56,479 nucleotides of DNA. Origin: Chloroflexota bacterium (lineage in GTDB: Bacteria; Chloroflexota; Limnocylindria; P2-11E). Within the stretch, counting starts at the first letter, position 1; the number at the start of each line of letters is the position of its first letter. Positions 44,239 through 52,752 of the stretch are shown here, piece by piece. The notes beneath the pieces are model-generated. The model saw only the letters and a program-made list of their open reading frames with translations, searched no databases and was not told the DNA's origin. The stretch spans positions 1 through 56,479 of the forward strand of contig VBJD01000034.1 in assembly GCA_005887995.1 (NCBI GenBank), read 5' to 3'. Position numbers and translations under genes: made by a program.

Positions 44239-44958
44239 GTGCTCGGCATCGTCGACGGCATGGTGCGGACGCTGCAGCACCTCTTCCGCGCGCGTCTCGT
44301 GACGCGGAAGTACCCGTACGAGAAGCGCGAGTTGCCTGAGCGATCGCGCGGCCTCATCGCCCTGCTCCTCGAACCCGAGACGAGCATCTTCAAGTGCGAG
44401 TCGTGCCTCATGTGCGAGAAGGCGTGTCCGCCGCGCGCGATCTCGATCTCGTACAAGTTCCGCAACGGCTTCCGCCGCCGGCCGATGCTCGCGCCGCGCG
44501 CCTCCTATTACCGCATTCGCATGGTGCAGACCGCCCCGTACGGCGATCGGCGGCCGATGTCGACGGCGGTCGTCACCGTCCCCGCGGAGGCGGAGCGCGG
44601 CCTCGATACGAAGAAGGTCGACGAGATCCTGCGCGGTGAGCCCGCGGGGCTCGATCGCATGACGCGCGTTCTCTATCGCACGCACGATGCGTACGGCTAC
44701 CTTCCGTGGACCGCCGCGGAGCGCATCGCCGCCGAATTCGGCAAGACGATGACCGACGTCTACACCGCGGCGTCACTTCTCGCGAACTTCCGCGGTGCCC
44801 CTGAGGGACAGGGGACCGCGGTGCCGCGCGGTGGGCGGAAGTTCACCGGCAACCTCGGCATCGCCGGCGAGTGGCCGGCCGCGTCGCCGGCGCCTGCGCA
44901 CGACACGCTGCGCGAAGACGAGGTGAAGCACGTGCTCGAGCCGACGTATGCCCGCTAA
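44239..44958 (+). CDS. NuoI-like (single 4Fe-4S motif) fused to a NuoE-like N-terminal helical segment that lacks the 2Fe-2S domain
   Basis: The N-terminus GMVRTLQHLFRARLVTRKYPYEKRELPERSRG...CESCLMCEKACP is NuoI-like but has only one CxxCxxCxxxCP. The C-terminal half VDEILRG...RVLYRTHDAYGYLPWTAAERIAAEFGKTMTDVYTAASLLANF is NuoE-like and contains no cysteine. Confidence 0.6.
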   Translation: MLGIVDGMVRTLQHLFRARLVTRKYPYEKRELPERSRGLIALLLEPETSIFKCESCLMCEKACPPRAISISYKFRNGFRRRPMLAPRASYYRIRMVQTAPYGDRRPMSTAVVTVPAEAERGLDTKKVDEILRGEPAGLDRMTRVLYRTHDAYGYLPWTAAERIAAEFGKTMTDVYTAASLLANFRGAPEGQGTAVPRGGRKFTGNLGIAGEWPAASPAPAHDTLREDEVKHVLEPTYAR

Positions 44959-46153
44959 CGCCACGCTGCTGAACGGCGCGCCGCCGACCGGCGGCGATGT
45001 CCGCGCGCGGCCGCCGGACGAGATCGTCGCGATGATCGAGAAGAGCGATCTCCGCGGGCGCGGCGGCGCGGGCTACCCGCTCGCGAAGAAGATCGCGGCC
45101 GTCCGCGATGCGGCAAAGGCGACCGGACGTGCCCCGCTCGTCATCGCGAACGCGTACGACGCCGACCCCGACAGTCCACTCTCGCGAACGCTCATCAAGC
45201 ACTCGCCGCTCGGTGTCCTCCGCGGGACGATGATCGCGGCGGTCGCGGTCGGCGCGCGCGAAGCGATCGTGTACCTGCATCCGAAGGCCGAGGACGAGCG
45301 CCGTGCGCTCGAGAGCGAGCTCGCGAAGCTCGAGGGCTCGCTCGGCGGCGTGCTCATCTCCGTCGCGCTCGGCCCAGGTGGCTTCATGGGCGGCGAAGAG
45401 AGCGCGCTCATGAACGTGCTCGAGTCGAAGCGCGCGATGGCGCGCCAGCGCCCGCCGTATCCGGCCAGCCTCGGCGTGGAGCAGCGTCCGACACTGATTT
45501 CGAGCGCCGAGACGCTCGCGTGGCTACCGCACATCCTCGAGCGCGGCGTGCGCGCCGACTCGAAGCTCGTGTCCGTCACGGGCGCGGTTCGTTCGCCGGG
45601 CGTGTACGAGGTCGCGCTCGGCGCGACGCTCGCCGAGATCCTCGACGCAGCGGGTGGTGTCATCGGCGAGCTCAAGGGCATCCACGTTGGCGGGCCGACC
45701 GGAGGGATCCTATCGGCGACGCGTCGGGGGACGCGCCTCGACTTCGACGAGCTGCGCGCGGCGGGGACGCACATGGGCTCGGGGCAGATCCGCGCGATCG
45801 CGGAGGGCACCTGCATCGTCGCCGAGGCGGCGAAGCTTTTCGCGTACCTCGCGAAGGAGACCTGCGGCATCTGCGTGCCGTGCCGCGTCGGCACGGCGCG
45901 AGTGCAGGGGATCCTCGAGAGCGTGCAGAGCCAGCTCGGGCGCGACGAAGATACGAAGTGGCTCGGCGAGCTCGGCGATCACATGGAGCAGTTCTCGCTC
46001 TGCGGCTTCGGCATCACCGCGCCGTCGATCCTCCGCACCACGATGTATGAGTTCGCCGAGGACTACCGCGCGCACATCGAAGATCACCGCTGCCCGACCG
46101 GCTCGTGCAAGCCCGTCCGCGCGCGGCGCTACGAGACGATGGTCCAGCCATGA
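44948..46153 (+). CDS. nuoF: NADH-quinone oxidoreductase subunit F-like flavoprotein (FMN/NADH site, N3-type 4Fe-4S)
   Basis: It carries LRGRGGAGYPLAKK, GGEESALMNVLES, ETCGICVPCRVG and SLCGFG. Confidence 0.85.
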   Translation: MPANATLLNGAPPTGGDVRARPPDEIVAMIEKSDLRGRGGAGYPLAKKIAAVRDAAKATGRAPLVIANAYDADPDSPLSRTLIKHSPLGVLRGTMIAAVAVGAREAIVYLHPKAEDERRALESELAKLEGSLGGVLISVALGPGGFMGGEESALMNVLESKRAMARQRPPYPASLGVEQRPTLISSAETLAWLPHILERGVRADSKLVSVTGAVRSPGVYEVALGATLAEILDAAGGVIGELKGIHVGGPTGGILSATRRGTRLDFDELRAAGTHMGSGQIRAIAEGTCIVAEAAKLFAYLAKETCGICVPCRVGTARVQGILESVQSQLGRDEDTKWLGELGDHMEQFSLCGFGITAPSILRTTMYEFAEDYRAHIEDHRCPTGSCKPVRARRYETMVQP

Positions 46154-48564
46154 GTCTGCTCGAGCGTTATACGCAGCCCGCGGAAGCGCAGATCCCGACG
46201 GTGTCGCACCAGGGCGACATCCCGGCGGGCCAGCCCACGTGCACGATCTGGATCGACGGCCAGGAGGTCACGGCCGTCGCGGGCGAGGCGATCCTTCGCG
46301 CGGCGCAGCGCGCCGGCTTCAACATCCCGACGCTCTGCGACGACGAGAAGCTCGCACCCGCCGCCGCGTGCCGTATGTGTCTGGTGAACATCGATGGCTA
46401 CGACCGGCCGATGCCGTCGTGCCACCTCGCGGTCGAGCCGGGCATGAAGATCACCGCGACCGAGGACGGCCTCTTCAAGATGCGCCGGCAGAACCTCGAG
46501 TACATCCTCAGCGACCACAACGCGTACTGCATGCCGCCGTGCCAGATCGGCTGCCCGACGCACATCGACATCCCGGGCTACCTCGAGCTCATGGCCAAGG
46601 GGCAGCACGTCGAGGCCGCGCGCCTGGTGAAGGAAGTGCTGCCGTTCCCATACGCACTCGGGCTGGTGTGTCCGCGCCCGTGCCAGGAGGTGTGCCGCCG
46701 CGGTCTCGTCGAGGAGGAGATCGCGATCTGCCAGTGCCACGGGTACACGGGCGAGATGGTCATGGAGATGGAGAAGGCGCCGACGCCATTTCCGCAGCTG
46801 CCCGCGACCGGCAAGCGCGTCGCGGTCATCGGCGCGGGTCCCGCGGGGCTCACTTGCGCGTACTACGTCGCCCTGGCGGGCCACGCGGTGACGGTGTTCG
46901 ACATGATGGAGAAGCAGGGCGGGATGCTCCGCTACGGCATCCCCGAGTACCGCCTGCCAAAGGTGAAGCTCGACAAGGAGCTCAACTCCGTCTGGCAGCT
47001 CCGCGACGCGGAGTTCAAGGGGAACATGAAGCTCGGGCGCGACTTCTCCATCGATGACCTGGTCGCGCAGGGCTACGACTCCGTCTTCATCGGCATCGGC
47101 GCGTGGTCGAGCAACGACCTGCCCATCCCGGGCATCGACCTGCCGGGGGTCATCGAGGCGATCAACTACCTGAACCAGAACGCGAGCGGCGATCCGGTGC
47201 CGGTCGGCAAGGGCTCGCGTGTCGTCGTCATGGGCGGCGGGTTCACGACCTTCGACTGCGCGCGCACCTCGCGCCGCCTCGGCGCCGAGGTCACCGTTGT
47301 CTACCGCCGCTCGCGCAAGGAGATGGGCGCGCATTACAGCGAGGTCGACGACGCCGAGCACGAGGGCATCAAGCTCGAGTTCTTCGGTTCGCCCGTGAAG
47401 ATCCACGAGAAGGACGGACGCGTCGGCGGCGTCGAGTTCCAGCGCATGGCGCTCGGCGAGCCGGATGCCTCGGGTCGCCGCCGGCCCGTGCCGATCGAGG
47501 GGGCGAACTTCACCATCGACTGCGACGTCGTCATCCCGGCGATCGGGCAGCTGCCGGTGCTCGACTGGTTCGAGCGCTCGCCGGGCATCCGCAAGACGCG
47601 GCGCGAGACGATCGTCGCGAACGCCGCGCTCATGACCGATCGGCCGGGCGTGTTCTCAGGCGGCGACTGCCAGATGGGGACGGTCACCGTCATCCAGGCG
47701 GTCGCGCAGGGAAAGCTCGCGGCGAAGGCGATCGATCGCTACCTCGCGGGTGACGACATGTCCCTCGTCGCCTCGGAGATCCAAGAGGAGGAGCGCGTCC
47801 CCGAGCTCATCGACATCGTTCCCTATAAGCCCGAGGAGCCGCAGGTGCGTATGCCGTTCCTGCCGTTCGAGCAGCGCGTGCGCTCCTTCGAGCTCATCGA
47901 GGGCGGCTACGACAAGGCCGGCGCCGAGAAGGAAGCCGCGCGCTGCCTGCAGTGCGTCTGCCCGGACGTCGGCCGCTGCCACCTGCAGCGGCTGTCACTG
48001 GAGCACGGCCTCACCGACAACCGCTTCCACCGCGCCGAGCCGGTGGACTACCACGACTATGAGTACGACTTCAGCCATGACTTCATCCTTCGCGACCTCA
48101 ACAAGTGCATCAACTGCACGCAGTGCGTGCGCATCTGCCGCGACGTCATCGGCGCGAACTGCTACGGCCTCATGGGTGGTGGATACGACTCGATCGTCAC
48201 GACGCCGTGGAACGTGTCGCTCTCGTACACCGACTGCGTCTCGTGCGGCGCGTGCGCGGAGACGTGCCCGACGGGCGCGCTCATGATGCGCGAGCGCGAC
48301 CTGGAGACGTACGAGCTCGACATCGTGCGGTGCATCTACTGCGGCGACTGCGTCGAGGTGTGCCCGCACGGCGCGCTCGGCGAGACGCCGAACTTCGAGC
48401 TCTCGACCTACACGCGGTTCGGTAGGACCGTCCTCGCGAAGGAGGAGCTCGCCGTCGCGCGCACGTGGAAGCCGAGTGAGGACATCCCCACGAACGGCGA
48501 TGGCAAGGGCGGCGTGCGTCCGCCCGAGGTCCGTCCGCCCGCGCCGCCGCGCTGGAGCGCGTAG
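46150..48564 (+). CDS. Fusion protein: NuoG-type N-terminal 2Fe-2S domain + GltD-type (glutamate synthase small-subunit-like) FAD/NAD(P)H module + NuoG/ferredoxin-type 4Fe-4S domains
   Basis: The 2Fe-2S part is TLCDDEKLAPAAACRMCLV...SC. The GltD part is CMPPCQIGCP, VCPRPCQEVC and GKRVAVIGAGPAGL...GGMLRYGIPEYRLPK. The 4Fe-4S motifs are CINCTQCVRIC, CVSCGACAETCPTGAL and CIYCGDCVEVCPHGAL. Its ATGA start overlaps the nuoF stop. Confidence 0.8.
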   Translation: MSLLERYTQPAEAQIPTVSHQGDIPAGQPTCTIWIDGQEVTAVAGEAILRAAQRAGFNIPTLCDDEKLAPAAACRMCLVNIDGYDRPMPSCHLAVEPGMKITATEDGLFKMRRQNLEYILSDHNAYCMPPCQIGCPTHIDIPGYLELMAKGQHVEAARLVKEVLPFPYALGLVCPRPCQEVCRRGLVEEEIAICQCHGYTGEMVMEMEKAPTPFPQLPATGKRVAVIGAGPAGLTCAYYVALAGHAVTVFDMMEKQGGMLRYGIPEYRLPKVKLDKELNSVWQLRDAEFKGNMKLGRDFSIDDLVAQGYDSVFIGIGAWSSNDLPIPGIDLPGVIEAINYLNQNASGDPVPVGKGSRVVVMGGGFTTFDCARTSRRLGAEVTVVYRRSRKEMGAHYSEVDDAEHEGIKLEFFGSPVKIHEKDGRVGGVEFQRMALGEPDASGRRRPVPIEGANFTIDCDVVIPAIGQLPVLDWFERSPGIRKTRRETIVANAALMTDRPGVFSGGDCQMGTVTVIQAVAQGKLAAKAIDRYLAGDDMSLVASEIQEEERVPELIDIVPYKPEEPQVRMPFLPFEQRVRSFELIEGGYDKAGAEKEAARCLQCVCPDVGRCHLQRLSLEHGLTDNRFHRAEPVDYHDYEYDFSHDFILRDLNKCINCTQCVRICRDVIGANCYGLMGGGYDSIVTTPWNVSLSYTDCVSCGACAETCPTGALMMRERDLETYELDIVRCIYCGDCVEVCPHGALGETPNFELSTYTRFGRTVLAKEELAVARTWKPSEDIPTNGDGKGGVRPPEVRPPAPPRWSA

Positions 48565-48635
48565 CCGCGCCCACGCTCGCGGAACGTCTTCTCGCGCGGA
48601 TACGCGCGCGTGGTGCGATCTCGTTCGCTGACTAC

Positions 48636-49676
48636 ATGGACGCCGCGCTCTACGACCCCGACCACGGCTATTACTCGACGCGCGCTTCGATCGGCTTCGA
48701 GGGCGACTACCTCACAGCACCAGATCTCGGTCCGCACCTCGGTCGCGCGCTCTCACGAGCGATGGCGGACTTCTGGCAGCAGCTCGGAAAGCCGCACTCG
48801 TGGGATCTCGTCGAGGCTGGCGCGGGGAGGGGGACGCTGCTGCGGGATGTTCTCGCGTCGCTTGAGCGTGAGCGACCCGATGCCGCGCGGGGCGTGCGGC
48901 CGGCGATCGTCGAGGTGTCGCAGCACCTTCGCGCCCAGCAGTCCTCGGCACTCGACGGCCGCGACATCCGTTGGGCGTCCGACCCGCGCGCGCTCGGGCC
49001 GATCGCGGGCGTGCTCTACGCGAACGAGATCCTCGATGCGTTCCCGGTGCACGTCCTCGTGCGGACGACAGACGGCGCGCGTGAGGTCTTCGTCAGCGTG
49101 CACGAAGATCGTCTCGTCGAGACGCTGCGCCCGCCGAACCCGCCGGAACTTCGCTACCGCGTGCCCGAAGCGGTGCCGATGGGCGGACGGTGGGAGGTGA
49201 GCCCGCGAGCCGAAGGCTGGGTCGCTGGGCTCGCAGCCGCGATGACGCGAGGGTACGTGCTCTTCATCGATTACGGCGGAGACGAGCCGGAGCTGCTGAC
49301 GCGCTTCGGCAGTGGGACCGTCCGTGGCTTTGCGCGCCATCGACTCATCGCCGACCCGTTCACCGAGCCCGGGGAGCACGACCTGACGGCGAGCGTGAAC
49401 TTCACCGCGGTCCGACGCGCCGCGGAGGGCGCGGGCTTCACGTTCGCAGGCCGGACGTCGCAGCGCGAGGCGTTGCTTGCGCTCGGCATCCGCGACGTCG
49501 CCTCGCGCCCGACGACGCCGATCGACCGGCTGCGCGATCTCGGCCGCCGTTCGGCGATCGACACATTGCTCGATCCAACCGGCTTCGGCGCGTTCCAGGT
49601 CGTCTGCTTCGCGAAGGACGCGCCCGAGGAAGGGCTACGCCTGTTCGCAACCCGTCAGGGCAGCGTGCAGAGGTAG
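48636..49676 (+). CDS. MidA/NDUFAF7-family (DUF185) SAM-dependent methyltransferase; the true start is probably upstream of the first ATG
   Basis: It carries YMDAALYDPDHGYY, DLVEAGAGRGTL and ANEILDAFPVH. Family-typical N-terminal residues (LAERLLARIRARGAISFADY) are encoded in frame at 48576-48635, with no ATG/GTG/TTG upstream. Confidence 0.75.
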   Translation: MDAALYDPDHGYYSTRASIGFEGDYLTAPDLGPHLGRALSRAMADFWQQLGKPHSWDLVEAGAGRGTLLRDVLASLERERPDAARGVRPAIVEVSQHLRAQQSSALDGRDIRWASDPRALGPIAGVLYANEILDAFPVHVLVRTTDGAREVFVSVHEDRLVETLRPPNPPELRYRVPEAVPMGGRWEVSPRAEGWVAGLAAAMTRGYVLFIDYGGDEPELLTRFGSGTVRGFARHRLIADPFTEPGEHDLTASVNFTAVRRAAEGAGFTFAGRTSQREALLALGIRDVASRPTTPIDRLRDLGRRSAIDTLLDPTGFGAFQVVCFAKDAPEEGLRLFATRQGSVQR

Positions 49677-49927
49677 CCACTGGGACGGACGATGAACGTC
49701 CCGCCGTACGCGTGCTCGCAGACGGGTTGACCGACGACGAACGCGTGATAGGGAAGGCTCCCGCCCTCGCAGTGATAGAAGTTCTCGTCCGCGTGCGGGA
49801 TGAAGTTCCCGCCCGAGTGCTCGCAGACCTCCTGCGCCGGCCGGAACGTCGGCGGCGCGGCGAGCGCCGATGTCGTCGACGAAAGCAACAATGCCGCCAC
49901 TGCGAGACCAGGAAGTGCCCGTCGCAT
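49655..49927 (-). CDS. Small secreted Cys-containing protein with an internal duplication
   Basis: It has the signal MRRALPGLAVAALLLSSTTSALA. The duplicated motif is VCEHSGGNF...YHCEG and VCEHAYGGTF...YLC. Confidence 0.45.
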   Translation of the reverse strand: MRRALPGLAVAALLLSSTTSALAAPPTFRPAQEVCEHSGGNFIPHADENFYHCEGGSLPYHAFVVGQPVCEHAYGGTFIVRPSGYLCTLP

Positions 49928-49976
49928 GCCCACCGTGTCCTCCACCTCCGCGTAGCGCGGATGGCGGGAGTATGGC

Positions 49977-50249
49977 TTACGCCTCGTTCAACTCGGTGTC
50001 ATAGACGTGCTCCGACGGATCGCTGTGGACGAGCTCGAGATGGTTGCCTTCGGCCTCGTGGATGAGCTGCCAGCCCTCGCGCTCGAGCTCGACCAGCCAC
50101 ACCGCGAAACCGTGGAGCTCATGCGCTGCCTCGGATAGTGATCTGCTGCCATCGGCGATCGGCCCGACGCAGATCGGTTCGACGCGCTCCTCGAACTCAT
50201 GCTCGTCGAATTCCGCGGCGAGATCGGCTGCTTGATCGGGCGTCAGCAT
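49977..50249 (-). CDS. Small acidic hypothetical protein
   Basis: I trimmed the track ORF 49977-50273 to the internal ATG (MLTPDQAADL...). I recognise no family. Confidence 0.35.
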   Translation of the reverse strand: MLTPDQAADLAAEFDEHEFEERVEPICVGPIADGSRSLSEAAHELHGFAVWLVELEREGWQLIHEAEGNHLELVHSDPSEHVYDTELNEA

Positions 50250-50335
50250 TCGGCGATGCGTGTGGTGCCGCACGCTGACTTCATCGGCGCGACCTTGCGC
50301 AGCGCGCGGGCGCGGCGGTTAGACTTGTGTTCTTC

Positions 50336-50409
50336 GGGCTCTTAGCTCAGCTGGTTAGAGCGCAGCGTTGACATCGCTGAGGTCGCGTGTTCGAGCCACG
50401 CAGAGCCCA
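50336..50409 (+). tRNA. tRNA-Val (anticodon GAC)
   Basis: It folds as GGGCTCT-TA-GCTC..GAGC-G-CAGCG-TTGACAT-CGCTG-AGGTC-GCGTG-TTCGAGC-CACGC-AGAGCCC-A, 74 nt. Confidence 0.9.
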
Positions 50410-50419
50410 CCGCTGGTTC

Positions 50420-51154
50420 CTACCAATGGTCCTCACGGATGGCCTCGTCCGGCGGGCGACGCGTGACCGGACCAAAACGGCCGAGCGGCCATCCGATGGG
50501 GACGACCGCGTAGGTTCGAACCCCGCTCGGGATCTCGAGGATCTCCTTCACATCGGCTTCAGCGAAGAGATGCCAGGTGGTCATGTTCGCCGCCAGCCCG
50601 CGCGCCCGCGCCGCGAGCAGCAGGTTCTGGATCGCCGGATAGATCGAGGCGGCCTCTGAGCGATGCTCGAGAGCCGACAGCCCGCCCAAGAGCAGCCGCG
50701 CGGCACGTCGCGGGCCGGCCATCCGGAGTGCGGTGACCATCTCGCCGAGCCGGCGTTTCACAACGCCGATCTGGCGGCGCTGGTCGTAGCACGCGACGAT
50801 CACGAGCGGCGTCTCGTGGAAGTGATCGCGCTGATAGTGGATCGCTTCCCATGTTCGGATGTACACCGGGTCGGTCCCGTAGCGCGGATCCGCTTTGCCC
50901 ATCCAACCCTCGTATATCTCCGCGACCATTCGCCAAACGGTCGCGAGCCGGGCGATGCGGTCGCGGTCCGTGACGACGATGAAGACCTGGCCCTGCTGGT
51001 GACCCGCACTCGGCGCGCACAGCGCAGCTGCGATGAGCTCGCGCACGAGCTCGCGCGGCACGGGATCGGCGCGGAGGCGACGCATCGCTCGCATCGTCGT
51101 CATGACCTCGACGAGCGATCCGTCCGTTCCGCCGATCGACGGTGTGAGCTTCAA
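50420..51154 (-). CDS. Nitroreductase-family protein
   Basis: It carries MRAMRRLRADPVP...LCAPSAGHQQ and IYPAIQNLLLAARARGL. The start is uncertain (TTG 51154 or ATG 51103). Confidence 0.75.
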   Translation of the reverse strand: MKLTPSIGGTDGSLVEVMTTMRAMRRLRADPVPRELVRELIAAALCAPSAGHQQGQVFIVVTDRDRIARLATVWRMVAEIYEGWMGKADPRYGTDPVYIRTWEAIHYQRDHFHETPLVIVACYDQRRQIGVVKRRLGEMVTALRMAGPRRAARLLLGGLSALEHRSEAASIYPAIQNLLLAARARGLAANMTTWHLFAEADVKEILEIPSGVRTYAVVPIGWPLGRFGPVTRRPPDEAIREDHW

Positions 51155-51227
51155 GCGGCGAATGGTAGTCGTCCGGCGAGCAGGCGCCGTCCATCGATTA
51201 CCGTGGGTGCGCTGTACGTTTTGGTGT

Positions 51228-51650
51228 GTGACGACGGCAACGGAGGAGTCGAACCGACGATTGCTGCGTGCCCGTGACACGATGGATCGCACCTACGCAG
51301 AGCCGCTCGACATCCCCACGCTCGCGCGCGTCGCCCACACGTCGCCGGCGCACTTCAGTCGCACGTTCCGCGACACATTCGGCGAGACGCCGCACCGCTA
51401 CCTGCAGCGGCGGCGGGTGGAGCGCGCGATGTTCCTGTTGCGGCAGACCGCACGGGACGTCACCGACATCTGCATGGACGTCGGATTCACCAGCCTGGGA
51501 ACATTCAGCCGGACGTTCTCGGACATCGTCGGGACTCCGCCGACCGAGTACCGCCGGCGCGGGTCCGTGGCGCCGGTGCCCAACTGTTTCGCGATGGCCT
51601 GGACGAGACCGAGCAGTTTTGGAGAAGCGCGCGATGGGTCCCGCAAATAG
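51228..51650 (+). CDS. AraC-family HTH transcriptional regulator (short type)
   Basis: It carries LARVAHTSPAHFSRTFRDTFGETPHRYLQRRRVERA and GFTSLGTFSRTFSDIVGTPPTEYRR. Confidence 0.8.
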   Translation: MTTATEESNRRLLRARDTMDRTYAEPLDIPTLARVAHTSPAHFSRTFRDTFGETPHRYLQRRRVERAMFLLRQTARDVTDICMDVGFTSLGTFSRTFSDIVGTPPTEYRRRGSVAPVPNCFAMAWTRPSSFGEARDGSRK

Positions 51651-51681
51651 CGTCCTCCTCACCACATCAGGAGGGAAAGAA

Positions 51682-52098
51682 GTGCTCAAGTCACTGGCGA
51701 TCTCATCGATCTACGTACTCGATCAGGACGAGGCGCTCGATTTCTACGTCGGCAAGCTCGGGCTCGAAAAGAAGGAAGACGTCGACCTCGGCTTCATGCG
51801 CTGGCTCACGGTGAATGTGCCCGGCGACAAGAGCCGCGAAGTCCTCCTCGAGCTCCCGGCTCGCCCGGCGATGGACGACAAGACGGCTGCCCAGGTCCGT
51901 GACCTCGTCACGAAGGGCCACGCTGGCGGGAACCTGTTCTTCACGACGGACGACTGCCGCAAGACGTACAAGGAACTCAAGGCGAAGGGCGTCGAGTTTA
52001 CCGAGGAGCCCACGGAGCGTCCGTACGGTATCGATTGCGGGCTCCGCGACCCGTTCGGCAACTTCCTGCGGTTCTCGCAGCCGACAGCGCAGGCATAG
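51682..52098 (+). CDS. VOC/glyoxalase-bleomycin-resistance family protein
   Basis: GGAGGG lies 5 nt upstream of GTG 51682. It carries DFYVGKLGL and YGIDCGLRDPFGNFLRF. Confidence 0.75.
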   Translation: MLKSLAISSIYVLDQDEALDFYVGKLGLEKKEDVDLGFMRWLTVNVPGDKSREVLLELPARPAMDDKTAAQVRDLVTKGHAGGNLFFTTDDCRKTYKELKAKGVEFTEEPTERPYGIDCGLRDPFGNFLRFSQPTAQA

Positions 52099-52108
52099 GA
52101 GGAGAGCG

Positions 52109-52453
52109 ATGGCCGCCGACACGAAGTACATCGCCGAGCAGCCCGCCGACAAGCGGGTCCTCCTCGAGCAGCTCCGAGCGATCATCGTGAAGACCGTCCC
52201 CGACGCGACTGTCGCGATCAAGTGGGGCGTCCCCTTCTACGAGCGCGGAGGCAAGAAGATCTGCGCTCTGGCGACGTTCAAGGACCATGTCGGCATCAAC
52301 TTCTTCGCCCCGCCGGCGGCGCTCGCCGACCCAAAGAAGCGTCTGGAAGGTGCCGGCAAGGGCAATCGGATGCTCAAGGTGCGTACGGCGAAAGACGTTG
52401 ACGCGCCGAGCATCACCCGCTGGCTCAAGGTGGCGGTCGCGGCCGCGGATTAG
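52109..52453 (+). CDS. DUF1801 (YdhG-like) domain protein
   Basis: It reads AIKWGVPFYERGGKKICALATFKDHVGINFF. ATG 52109 is preceded by GGAGGAG. Confidence 0.7.
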   Translation: MAADTKYIAEQPADKRVLLEQLRAIIVKTVPDATVAIKWGVPFYERGGKKICALATFKDHVGINFFAPPAALADPKKRLEGAGKGNRMLKVRTAKDVDAPSITRWLKVAVAAAD

Positions 52454-52752
52454 CCCCTCGGACTGCCCCGGGCTGAACGGTTGCCTGCCAAGCACGCGAG
52501 CGCGGAGAATGCGACCTGGTGGGAACGAGGATGGGGAGCCTCGTCGCGGCTGGATTCGTCTGCGGCGCCGCCTTGGGGTTCCTGCTGGGGCTCCTCCTGG
52601 CGATCCCGGCCGCGGCGCTCGTCCCAGGCGGCCGTCCGGTCATCCTCGGCTCTGCCGGACTCGGTGCGCTCCTCGGCTCGGCTCTCGCGGCTTGGCGTAC
52701 GTCGGGCGGACTGCCACGCGAACGTTCTAGCCCTTCGTCCGTTGAGGAAGTA

